From NCBI GenBank assembly GCA_047601445.1, contig JASGJH010000001.1:4064001-4128000 (forward strand): a stretch of 64,000 bases of DNA, given 5' to 3'. The notes below the pieces were generated by a model. The model was not told the DNA's origin. It made no database searches and saw only the letters and a list, made by a program, of their open reading frames with translations. Both the position numbers and the translations under genes were made by a program. Origin of the DNA: Myxococcales bacterium (GTDB taxonomy: Bacteria > Myxococcota_A > Polyangia > Polyangiales > DASUME01). Shown here piece by piece: positions 30,872 to 39,186 of the stretch (its first letter is position 1; every line of letters starts with the position of its first letter).

Positions 30872-32659
30872 GTGAGCGGTCCCGATGCACCTCTGAGCCC
30901 AGCGGCGCCATGGCGAGAGCTGTTAGCCCTGCGCATGATGCAGGCGCTGACACCTCTGTGTGCCCTTGCCATCCTCAACCTTCTCTGGTTCGAGCGCTCT
31001 GCGAGCACACTCTTGGTGTCCAGCGTGCTCGCGATCCAGTTCGTGATCCAGCTGCGCGAAATCGCGCGCGGGCCGGTGACGTCCTCGCGTCACGCGTGGA
31101 TCTTGGTCGTGTTTCTGATGATCTGCAGTCTGGTCTCTTACTCGCAGGTCGGCTTTCTCTCCGGCCCCACGGCCGGCCTCCTCGTCGCCATCATGATGGC
31201 GGGCCTGCTGCTGAGCTTCCGAGCCATGATCGCGGTGATCGCGATCGCCTTCTTGGGTATCTCGGCCGTTGGTTGGGGAATCGTGAGTGGCCTTCTTCCC
31301 GCGCCAACCACGTCCGACATCTCCATGCTCAGCGGACGCGTGTGGATCCGCACGACCATCACCACCTTCATCTTGATCGTCCTCGCGGTGATCTTGGTTC
31401 GCCGACTGGTCCTCGAGCTCGAGGGCGCGCTTGCGAGGGCCGAAGTCCAGGCCTCGGAGCGCGAACGCGCCAACCAGGAGAGACTCCGAACGCAGCAGCG
31501 CGCTCTGGAAGCCCAAAAGCTCGAAGCGCTGGGTACGCTCGCGGCCAGCGTCGCGCACGACTTCAACAACTCGCTGATGATCGTCCAGATGTGGAACGAC
31601 ATCCTCGAGCGCAGCGAGGTGACGCCGGCTCAGCGGCGCGAGGGGAGCGCGGCCATCGCTCAAGCGGTGGACGGCGCTGCAGCCCTGTCGCGCCAGCTCC
31701 TCATGTTCGCGCGCAAAGAGCCCCGCGCGCCCAAGCGCCTCTCGCTGGCAGGCACCGTGAATACGTTCAAGCGCAGTCTCGGAAAGCTCCTGCCCAGCGA
31801 CATCGAATTGGTTGCTCAAGCCGATGGAGACACTCCGATCAGGGCGGACCCGCTGCAGATTGACCAGGTGCTCCTCAACCTCTCCATCAATGCGCGCGAC
31901 GCCATGCCGCGCGGTGGCCGTCTCGAGCTCCGTGCTCGCGAGGTGCAGCTCACGGAGGACGTCAGCGCAGTGAACGGCCTGCTCGCCCCGGGCGACTACA
32001 GCGTGCTCGAGGTCACCGACAGTGGAACGGGGATGAGCTCCGAGACCGTCGCACGCGTGTTCGAGCCCTTCTTCACCACCAAGGAATCCGGCAAGGGGAC
32101 CGGGCTGGGGCTCGCGACGGTGATGGCCGTCGCCGAACAAAGCGGTGCACGAATTCGGCTCGAGACCGCGCTCGGCCGTGGAACAAGCATCGGTCTTTGG
32201 TTTCCCGCAGATCGCTCCGTCGCGGGCGAAGAGCAGGTGCGCCCGGTGGAGACGCCAAAAGCTCGCAGCATGTGTGTTCTGCTTGCCGAAGATAATCGGC
32301 TCCTCCGAAACACCCTGGAGCGGGCGCTCGTGGAGGGTGGCTATCGCGTGATCACTGCCGGAGACGTGCCGGATGCACAGAAGATCGTCGGAGAGAATCG
32401 GGGCGCGATCGATCTCCTGTGCACCGATGGTGTGATGCCCGGTGCTCCGGTCAGCGACCTGATCCGAACCTTCCAGGAAAACTGTCCCCAGGGGCGCGTC
32501 TTGATCATGTCCGGCTATGTCGACGACGAACTCGCGCGACGCGGGCTCGAATCGGGACGCTACAACTTCATTTCCAAGCCGGTTGGCCTCGAGGAGCTGT
32601 TGCTCGCAGTGGCTCAGACGACGACACGCCCCTCGGACTTCTCCGCTCGGCTCGCTTGA
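30872..32659 (+). CDS. Membrane hybrid sensor histidine kinase/response regulator
   Basis: H-box VAHDFNN, N-box NLSINARDAM, DSGTGM, FEPFFTTK, GTGLGL. Receiver LLAED...TDGVMP...KP. Confidence 0.95.
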   Translation: MSGPDAPLSPAAPWRELLALRMMQALTPLCALAILNLLWFERSASTLLVSSVLAIQFVIQLREIARGPVTSSRHAWILVVFLMICSLVSYSQVGFLSGPTAGLLVAIMMAGLLLSFRAMIAVIAIAFLGISAVGWGIVSGLLPAPTTSDISMLSGRVWIRTTITTFILIVLAVILVRRLVLELEGALARAEVQASERERANQERLRTQQRALEAQKLEALGTLAASVAHDFNNSLMIVQMWNDILERSEVTPAQRREGSAAIAQAVDGAAALSRQLLMFARKEPRAPKRLSLAGTVNTFKRSLGKLLPSDIELVAQADGDTPIRADPLQIDQVLLNLSINARDAMPRGGRLELRAREVQLTEDVSAVNGLLAPGDYSVLEVTDSGTGMSSETVARVFEPFFTTKESGKGTGLGLATVMAVAEQSGARIRLETALGRGTSIGLWFPADRSVAGEEQVRPVETPKARSMCVLLAEDNRLLRNTLERALVEGGYRVITAGDVPDAQKIVGENRGAIDLLCTDGVMPGAPVSDLIRTFQENCPQGRVLIMSGYVDDELARRGLESGRYNFISKPVGLEELLLAVAQTTTRPSDFSARLA

Positions 32660-32681
32660 TCGTGCAGGGCCCTTCAAATCC

Positions 32682-33296
32682 TCAGCGCCACGTGGCGTAG
32701 ACCCCGAGCGCGGCCGAGATCACCATGCACAGGGCCGCGATGCGGAAAAAGCCGACCGCGAATGCGCGCGAGCGAAAGCGTCGGGCCAGGGCATCCGCAC
32801 TGACTCCGTAGACGGCGAGCCCGAGCAGCTCGGTGCACGTGACGGAGACCATCACGATGGCCGCCTGTGTCATCAGGGGCCGTTTGGGGTCGAGATACGC
32901 AGGCAGCATGCCGCCGAAGTAGACCAGCGCATTGGGATTGCCTAGCTGCAGCGCTACCCCGCTGGCGAACAAGCGTGTGCGCGGCGGCGCCTTTTCGCGC
33001 TCCAGCTGCACCGTACCAGCGCGGAACAGGCGCACACCGAGCACGATGATAAAGGCGAGACCTCCCAGCTTGAGCAGCGCGAATAGCAGCGGGAACGCCT
33101 GCGAAAGCGAGGCAGCCCCTGCCACCGCGAGACTCGTCCAGAGCAAGTTCGAGGCGCAGATGCCGAGCGCGGGCAGCATGGCGGGCCAGAAGCCGTAGCG
33201 AATGGAACAGGTCACCACCAACATCACGGCCGGGCCGGGTGTGAGTCCGCCGGCAAGGAAGAGCAACATGAGGGCGATCCACGCCGCGAGTTCCAT
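32682..33296 (-). CDS. LysE/RhtB family translocator
   Basis: LTPGPAVMLVV, LKLGGLAF, LQLGNPNALVYF. Confidence 0.88.
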   Translation of the reverse strand: MELAAWIALMLLFLAGGLTPGPAVMLVVTCSIRYGFWPAMLPALGICASNLLWTSLAVAGAASLSQAFPLLFALLKLGGLAFIIVLGVRLFRAGTVQLEREKAPPRTRLFASGVALQLGNPNALVYFGGMLPAYLDPKRPLMTQAAIVMVSVTCTELLGLAVYGVSADALARRFRSRAFAVGFFRIAALCMVISAALGVYATWR

Positions 33297-33397
33297 GGCG
33301 CCAAGGATGACGTGAAACGAAGCGAGAGCACGAGGGCGGCCGCCCAGGCCGGGGTGAGTACGGAATAGCCAGCATCCCTGGGCCCGTTCGCGGAGCC

Positions 33398-34351
33398 GTG
33401 GTCCAGCACTCCTCCTCCCATCACGGCCCGCTGCCCAAGTACGCCCGGCACAGACGCGGCATGCTCTGCGTGCTCGGCTGCCTGCTCGTTGGCGCCTGCT
33501 CCGATGAGCCCTGCCTCCCCCAGAAGGTCTACGCAGAGGACGACTCCTTTCCCGCCGGAGGAGGGGCGACCACGAAAGAAATGGCGGAACGCCTGGCCCA
33601 AGAACAGGCACTGCCCATCACCTGGGGCGGCGAAGAGCATGGGCTCGATTTCCCACCCTTGCCGATCCAGGGCGACGACGAACTGCTGATGCAAGTTACA
33701 CTCGAGAGTGACCTGACCCAGACGTTCTACGAAGGTCACTCCGACAACGGGGAGGACCATCCGCCTCAGCCCGTCAAAGGCAACTGCTACGCGCACGAAC
33801 CCGAGGCCCACGTGCATGTACACGTGCGAACCCGAAGCGGGATACTCGAGGGGTCGTTCGAAGCGAAGCTCGTCGTGGCGACTGAGCTGGAGCAGATGCT
33901 CTTTTTCGAGCGCACCGGACTGGAAACACCCGACGCGCTAGCGAACTACGCTGCCGCGCTCGGCTTCGACCGTCATCAGGTTCACCTGGGCCTGGCTCTC
34001 TACTACGACTTTCGAGGAAGACTTTCGTACGCTCGCGGGTTCCTCGTCATCGATGCCGAGAACGATCCGAGTCGCGACGTCTTCTTTGGTGCGTGCGGAG
34101 ATCAGCCTGGATTGGGTTGGGATGCGGACGCAGGCCTGCAACCCGACCCGCTCGATTGTCCGCCGATCCTGGCCTCGTGCATGAACCCCAAGGCGAGCGG
34201 GCTCGACAGCTGGGGCTCCTTCCTTGCCTGCCTCAACAAGCCTAATTGCGTGACGTGCCCAACTTCGTCGCCCGTGGACGGGGATCCTCAAAAGGCGGTC
34301 TTTGCCGCGTTCGATGGGCCTTGCCGCTGTACTCAGCTGGACATGCCGTGA
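33398..34351 (+). CDS. Hypothetical lipoprotein
   Basis: MLCVLGCLLVGAC lipobox-like segment. True start may be ATG 33461. Confidence 0.55.
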   Translation: MVQHSSSHHGPLPKYARHRRGMLCVLGCLLVGACSDEPCLPQKVYAEDDSFPAGGGATTKEMAERLAQEQALPITWGGEEHGLDFPPLPIQGDDELLMQVTLESDLTQTFYEGHSDNGEDHPPQPVKGNCYAHEPEAHVHVHVRTRSGILEGSFEAKLVVATELEQMLFFERTGLETPDALANYAAALGFDRHQVHLGLALYYDFRGRLSYARGFLVIDAENDPSRDVFFGACGDQPGLGWDADAGLQPDPLDCPPILASCMNPKASGLDSWGSFLACLNKPNCVTCPTSSPVDGDPQKAVFAAFDGPCRCTQLDMP

Positions 34352-34867
34352 GGCTACGAGAGGGGCGCCAGTTCCGAGACGCTCTCGCCCCGAGACTTCC
34401 TGCTTCGCCTCCGTAGCGCGTCGGCGCCGCTCCATGCACAGACACCGTGGGAGCTAGTGGAGGGAGTCGCACCACTGTCCCCCGTACCCGAATCCGAGCC
34501 GTCGCCGATGCTGATGCACACTGCTTGGTCGCGCATGCCTGCATCGTCCTGCTCGTCGGCGCAGCCACAAAACACCTTGGCCGCATACTCGCGATCGAGC
34601 TCTCGAGTGTCGACGTAAATGTCGGCCGGATCCTCGGCCAAGTAGTGGCACAGTGGCGTCGTAGTGTCCCTCGTCTCGGCCCAAGCGCACGTGCCGCTCC
34701 GCGAACTCGGCGCAGAGCTCGCAACGGTTACTTCCCTGAAGGTCCTTGAGCTTCGCTAGATCGTACTCGGTCATGAGCCCGCACCAATCGGCCGCGTGCG
34801 CCCGATGGTAGGCTCGGGCGATCCAGGTCGAACGATCGCGTTCAAGCGACCCTGCTCCGCCCTCCTC

Positions 34868-34904
34868 AGACACGCGAGAGTCCGTGCTTCGACCACCGCG
34901 TGTG
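34868..34904 (+). repeat. Left copy of 37-bp direct repeat bounding the biosynthetic island
   Basis: agacacgcgagagtccgtgcttcgaccaccgcgtgtg. 34/37 identical to 44782-44818, last 22 bp identical. Confidence 0.85.
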
Positions 34905-35156
34905 TCGCCAACAACCACCAAGGTTGATCTCGGCCGCGACAGAGGCTCGCGGAGCGCTGCGCTTCAGCGCATCGAGCACGCGCAAAGGAAACACCGACAT
35001 CTTGCACTCACCCCTCGCTTGCGATTCGCGCTGCACTCAGAGTTCGAACGCGCACAAGCGGGTTAACCTCCGCACTCGCAGAGAAGATGCGTGATAGGAG
35101 ATGCTTGTACGACGGAGCTCTCCCCCGAGTGTCCGTCTGCAGAGAGGAGGTCTCTC

Positions 35157-35180
35157 ATGAAGTACGACCACGTTGGTTGA
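35157..35180 (+). CDS. Candidate biarylitide-type precursor heptapeptide MKYDHVG
   Basis: ATG AAG TAC GAC CAC GTT GGT TGA with RBS GAGGAGG 6 nt upstream. MxYxH motif, about 330 bp upstream of a P450. Confidence 0.7.
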   Translation: MKYDHVG

Positions 35181-35226
35181 TCGTAGCCAATCCTCCATTT
35201 CTTGGTTTCAACAAGGAGCAATCAAA

Positions 35227-35403
35227 ATGAAGTACAGCAATCAAAGCGGTGCTGTGACGAGCGAAGAGGATCTCTTGCTTTCGGATGAGGAGCTCGGCAG
35301 CGTGCATGGTGGACTCTCGACTCCCCCCAGGATTCCGATCCCGCCGCACTTTCCGCCGATCATTCGCCCACCGGTGACCTTCAACCCCGGCTTCTTCGCA
35401 TGA
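35227..35403 (+). CDS. Candidate RiPP precursor: 29-aa double-glycine leader + 29-aa Pro-rich core
   Basis: RBS AAGGAG. MKYSNQSGAVTSEEDLLLSDEELGSVHGG | LSTPPRIPIPPHFPPIIRPPVTFNPGFFA. LSDEELxxVxGG is the classic GG-leader motif. Confidence 0.8.
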   Translation: MKYSNQSGAVTSEEDLLLSDEELGSVHGGLSTPPRIPIPPHFPPIIRPPVTFNPGFFA

Positions 35404-35409
35404 GTCGGT

Positions 35410-35450
35410 GCAGGGGCGAGTTTCGGCTCGCGAGCGAAATTCGTCCCTGC
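35410..35450 (+). terminator. Stem-loop between the precursor genes and the P450 (mRNA-stabilising or attenuating element)
   Basis: gcaggggcgagtttcg pairs with cgaaattcgtccctgc: 16-bp stem, 14 WC + 2 GU. No U-tract follows. Confidence 0.6.
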
Positions 35451-35507
35451 GCTGCTCCCAACGCGGTCGTCGCGAATATGCCTACGAGAAGAGAGGAGAT
35501 TGAGCCG

Positions 35508-36716
35508 ATGCCCCCCGATCCTGTCTACAACCCGTTGGACGCAGACACCCTGGAGAACCCGTTTCCGATCTATGACTATCTGCGATCCAACGCGCCGGTT
35601 TATTGGCACGAGCAGATGCAGTCATGGGTACTCACCCGATACGCGGACTGCCGGAACGTACTCCTGGACCACAAGCTCTTCGCACGCGACGAACGGCGTG
35701 TGGGTGAGTCGATCCCAGACGATCGCCTGAGCGTGCAACAGCTGGATCCCCCGGAAGTCATCCCTTTACGCCGCTTGTTCTTTCAGGCGTTCAAGGCGGT
35801 CGACCTCGAGCAGATTGCAAGGCGCGCACGCGGCCAGATCAGGGGGCTGCTCGATGCCCATGGCAAGAGGCCGATCTTCGATCTCATGGCAGACGTCGCT
35901 TCACCCGTGGCGGAGTCGCTGACTTGCGAATTCTTCGGTTCACCCACCCCACCGGCGCCGGGAAAGTTCATGCAGATTGCCCATGGCATCGCTCTCGGAA
36001 TGGATGCGGGGCTCGAACCCTGTCAGAGGGGCGCCGGGCGGGCCGTCAGCGTCGAGCTCGACCGCATGGTGCGCGACTGGTCGGAGGACCCCATTCCGGG
36101 AAGTTTCATGGCTGAGGTCAAAGACAAGATCCTCCCACGGAAATACCCGGACACGTTGATCTACCGCACCGTCGACGCCATGGTGAACGCATCGTACTCC
36201 ACGATTTACGCGTCCATTGGAAACGCAGCGCTCACCCTGTTTCAGCATCCAGAGATCCGCGCCGCCTTCACTCCGCACAACCTGGTCAGCGGATGCGACG
36301 AGATCCTGCGCTTCGACAGCCCCGCACATGCAACGAGCCGTGTCGCCACCGAGCGCACCACCATCGGCGGCACGGTGATCGAGCGTGGACAGGTGGTCAT
36401 CACGTTGTTCGCCGCTGCGAATCGAGACCCCGACGGTTTTGAACGCCCCAACGATCTCGTTCTCGACCGCCGTCACAATCATCACCTGGGCTTCGGCTGG
36501 GGTTCGCACCAGTGCCTTGGCATCGGCCTGGCGAACGTCGCCCTGCACGAGTTCGTGTCTGCCGCCCTGGCGCTGCCCGCGTTGCGCTCCCTGGGCAAGC
36601 CGAAGCGCTTTCGAACGGCCACTCTGCGCTGGCTGCAAAACCTGCCCGTAACCGCCTCGCCACAGTCGTCACCGGAAATGGAGGAGCAACGTCATGGCAC
36701 AACTGAACACGCATGA
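35508..36716 (+). CDS. Cytochrome P450, resembling peptide-crosslinking (biarylitide BytO-type) P450s
   Basis: Heme motif HLGFGWGSHQCLG, ExxR in DEILRFDSP, RBS GAGGAG before ATG 35508. RRVGESIP...LSVQQLDPP and GMDAGL segments recalled from biarylitide P450s. P450 call is firm, subfamily less so. Confidence 0.9.
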   Translation: MPPDPVYNPLDADTLENPFPIYDYLRSNAPVYWHEQMQSWVLTRYADCRNVLLDHKLFARDERRVGESIPDDRLSVQQLDPPEVIPLRRLFFQAFKAVDLEQIARRARGQIRGLLDAHGKRPIFDLMADVASPVAESLTCEFFGSPTPPAPGKFMQIAHGIALGMDAGLEPCQRGAGRAVSVELDRMVRDWSEDPIPGSFMAEVKDKILPRKYPDTLIYRTVDAMVNASYSTIYASIGNAALTLFQHPEIRAAFTPHNLVSGCDEILRFDSPAHATSRVATERTTIGGTVIERGQVVITLFAAANRDPDGFERPNDLVLDRRHNHHLGFGWGSHQCLGIGLANVALHEFVSAALALPALRSLGKPKRFRTATLRWLQNLPVTASPQSSPEMEEQRHGTTEHA

Positions 36717-37830
36717 TGAATGGTCGCGAATCAGGGAAGTCATCGTCGGCAGCGCTGCCAACTACACTTCTCATGACCGAGAGCTCTCGTTCGACCTGTT
36801 CTTCCACGAAAACCTCTTCCGCTCGGACTGGGCCTACCCGCGCCTCAAGAGCGCGTGTCCCGTGCGCGATCGGGCCTGGGAGATCAAGCAGCGGTACGTC
36901 GAAGAGCTCAATGAAGACGTGGAAGGCCTCGTCGAGGTCCTGCGCTCTCTCGGCATCACCGTGCACAGGCCGATGCCGCTGCCGCCCAACACCCCCTCAA
37001 TCAAGGGCTTCGGCTGGGAAGCGATGCCCGTTCCTGCGCTCAACGTCCGCGACAACACGCTGATCCTCGGCAACGAGATCATCGAGACCCCGCCGGCCAT
37101 CCGCTCACGCTACCTCGAAACGCGCCTGCTTGCTCCCGCCTTCAAGCACTACCACGACGCAGGCGCTCGCTGGACGACGATGCCGCGTCCCCTCCTCACC
37201 GACCGCTCGTTCGATCTCTCCTACGCGCGCGACACCGAGACCAGCTTGGGGGGACCGACCGAGCCAATCGAGGATCCGCAAGCGTCGCCGTATGACGTGG
37301 GCTTCGAGATGATGTTCGACGGGGCTCAGTGCCTACGCCTTGGCCGCGACCTGGTGATGAACATCGCGAACGCCAACCACGCGCTCGCAGTTGACTGGCT
37401 CGAGCGTCATCTGGAGGGCCGCTACCGCATCCACCGTGCCTTCCGCATGAGTGACAACCACATCGACTCGATGATCTTGGCCTTGCGCCCCGGCGTCTTC
37501 CTTGCGCGTCACGCAGGCATCCGTGAGCACCTTCCGGAGTGCTTCAAGCGCTGGGAGTTCATCGTTCCTCCGGTGCCGGACGTCTTCCCCACCTACGAGG
37601 ACGCAGACCTCGTATTGACCAGCCCATACATCGACCTCAACGTACTCTCCATCAGCCCTACGACATTGCTGGCCAACGCGGCCTGCGTCGATCTGATCAG
37701 AACCCTCGAGCACCGGGGCTTCGAGGTGATCCCCGTTCGGCACCGTCACCGGCGCCTCTTCGGAGGTGGCTTTCATTGCTTCACCTTGGACACCGTCCGC
37801 GATGGCGGACTCGAGGACTACAGCGCCTAG
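36694..37830 (+). CDS. Amidinotransferase (glycine/inosamine-phosphate amidinotransferase family)
   Basis: HDEWSRIREVIVG, NVRD, MFDGAQ, HIDS, catalytic GGGFHCFTLDTVRDG. RBS GGAGGAG. Confidence 0.92.
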   Translation: MAQLNTHDEWSRIREVIVGSAANYTSHDRELSFDLFFHENLFRSDWAYPRLKSACPVRDRAWEIKQRYVEELNEDVEGLVEVLRSLGITVHRPMPLPPNTPSIKGFGWEAMPVPALNVRDNTLILGNEIIETPPAIRSRYLETRLLAPAFKHYHDAGARWTTMPRPLLTDRSFDLSYARDTETSLGGPTEPIEDPQASPYDVGFEMMFDGAQCLRLGRDLVMNIANANHALAVDWLERHLEGRYRIHRAFRMSDNHIDSMILALRPGVFLARHAGIREHLPECFKRWEFIVPPVPDVFPTYEDADLVLTSPYIDLNVLSISPTTLLANAACVDLIRTLEHRGFEVIPVRHRHRRLFGGGFHCFTLDTVRDGGLEDYSA

Positions 37831-37851
37831 CGCGCGGCATGGGAGGCCTGT

Positions 37852-39162
37852 GTGCGCATCCTGATTGGAAATCACATCGACGACTCACTGCTCTGGCAGA
37901 AGGATCAAAGGGCATTTAGTCAGCGCATCTTGTGGTTTGCGCAGGACGGCGACATCGTGATCCTCTCGTGCGAGCCGGACCCCTCTTTTCTCGAGTACGT
38001 CACGTCGCTTGCGGGGGTCGGACGCGACACCCTCGAGTTTCTCGTCGTGCCCCCGGGCGGCCACGGAACACGGCTATTCGATCCCAATTCACTGCTCGAT
38101 CCCGACTTCGTGGCCGAGGTGAAACGGCGCATCGGCGACGTGTCTGATGTCTTTGCGCTGTGGCCCTCCGCCCAGGTCGCCGAGTTTGCCGAACTGCTCG
38201 GGATCCGAGAGAAGCTACCGGGGGCCAGCTTTTTCGCTCAACAAGGCGACGAGCTCGCGAACAACAAAGGAAACTTCCGTGCCTTTGCCGCGGCCCTCGG
38301 CGTACCCGTCGCCGAGGGGGCAGTTTGCCGAACCAAGGAGCACGCAGAGCGAGTCATCGCGCGGCTCCTGCGGACCGGGCCAGTCATGGTCAAACAGGTT
38401 CACAACGGGGCCGGCAACGGCAACGAAGTTCTCGTCTGCGACGACGAGTTGGCCACTGACCATGCCGGCAACAATCGTCGACAGCGAATCGAACCTGGAT
38501 TTTTCGAGGTTCGCGACTACCTCGAAGCGCGCTGGAATTGGGCATCCGTCGGCGGGCGATTCGCCGTGGTGGTCGAGCGCTTCGTGCCAGGGGCTCGCAC
38601 CATATACGCCGAATTCGAGGCCAGAGACGATGGACTGGCGCACACCGCAACCGGATCACTGGGATATGAGCACGGCCGGCTCGTCGAAGAGGTTACGCCG
38701 CTGCGAGGCGTCACCGATGCGGTGCTCGCGCGACTCGTACACCTTGGCGGCCGCCTCGCCGAGACCTACCGGGCGTTTGGCTACCGCGGGTTCATGAGCG
38801 CTGACGCCGTCGTTGACCAATCCGGCAACCTGTTCTTCACCGAAATGAACGCACGTGTGGGCGCTTCTCTCCACCTCTACGAAGGCATCGGAAAGCGGGT
38901 CGTCGATCAGTTTCGTGTTCCTGAGCGGTCACTGATACAGCTCGTGACGCCCAAGCATTGGAAGGTACCAGGCTTCGACGCATTTTCGCGCGTCACTCGC
39001 GAACTCGGCGTCGCCTTCGACCCACTGACTCGGAAAGGAGTGATGGCGGCGATGCCCTTCGCTGGCGAGCCCTGCGCGGGGGGCCTCCTGTTTTGTATAG
39101 CCTACGAGACGGAGCGAGAGCACCACGCCATCGTGGCCCGGCTGACAGAGCGGTTCGGCTGA
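37852..39162 (+). CDS. PGM1-related ATP-grasp peptide ligase (preATP-grasp domain)
   Basis: MRILIGN...QRILWFAQDGDIVIL...PDPSFLEYV, NNKGNFRAFAA, GYRGFMSADAV, FTEMNARVG. RBS GGGAGG. Confidence 0.85.
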   Translation: MRILIGNHIDDSLLWQKDQRAFSQRILWFAQDGDIVILSCEPDPSFLEYVTSLAGVGRDTLEFLVVPPGGHGTRLFDPNSLLDPDFVAEVKRRIGDVSDVFALWPSAQVAEFAELLGIREKLPGASFFAQQGDELANNKGNFRAFAAALGVPVAEGAVCRTKEHAERVIARLLRTGPVMVKQVHNGAGNGNEVLVCDDELATDHAGNNRRQRIEPGFFEVRDYLEARWNWASVGGRFAVVVERFVPGARTIYAEFEARDDGLAHTATGSLGYEHGRLVEEVTPLRGVTDAVLARLVHLGGRLAETYRAFGYRGFMSADAVVDQSGNLFFTEMNARVGASLHLYEGIGKRVVDQFRVPERSLIQLVTPKHWKVPGFDAFSRVTRELGVAFDPLTRKGVMAAMPFAGEPCAGGLLFCIAYETEREHHAIVARLTERFG

Positions 39163-39186
39163 CCCGCCCTTCGCCCGTTCAGCGCG

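Noticed and set aside
30923..32677. Long antisense ORFs (also 21897..22994, 49176..50558, 15398..16945, 55542..56840)
   Set aside because: Typical high-GC shadow ORFs opposite well-supported genes.
32682..33296. LysE exporter as the cluster's transporter
   Set aside because: It lies outside the direct repeat and is separated by unrelated genes; nothing links it to the cluster.
35101..35160. 19-codon ORF MLVRRSSPPSVRLQRGGLS overlapping the heptapeptide start (ATGA)
   Set aside because: The AGGAG abuts the ATG with no spacer and the peptide has no recognisable motif. It could be a coupling leader, but nothing supports that.
35173..35226. Longer 76-aa start for the GG-leader peptide, and the 35400 start for the P450
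   Set aside because: Better RBS-ATG pairs exist at 35227 and 35508. The P450 extension would run through the hairpin.
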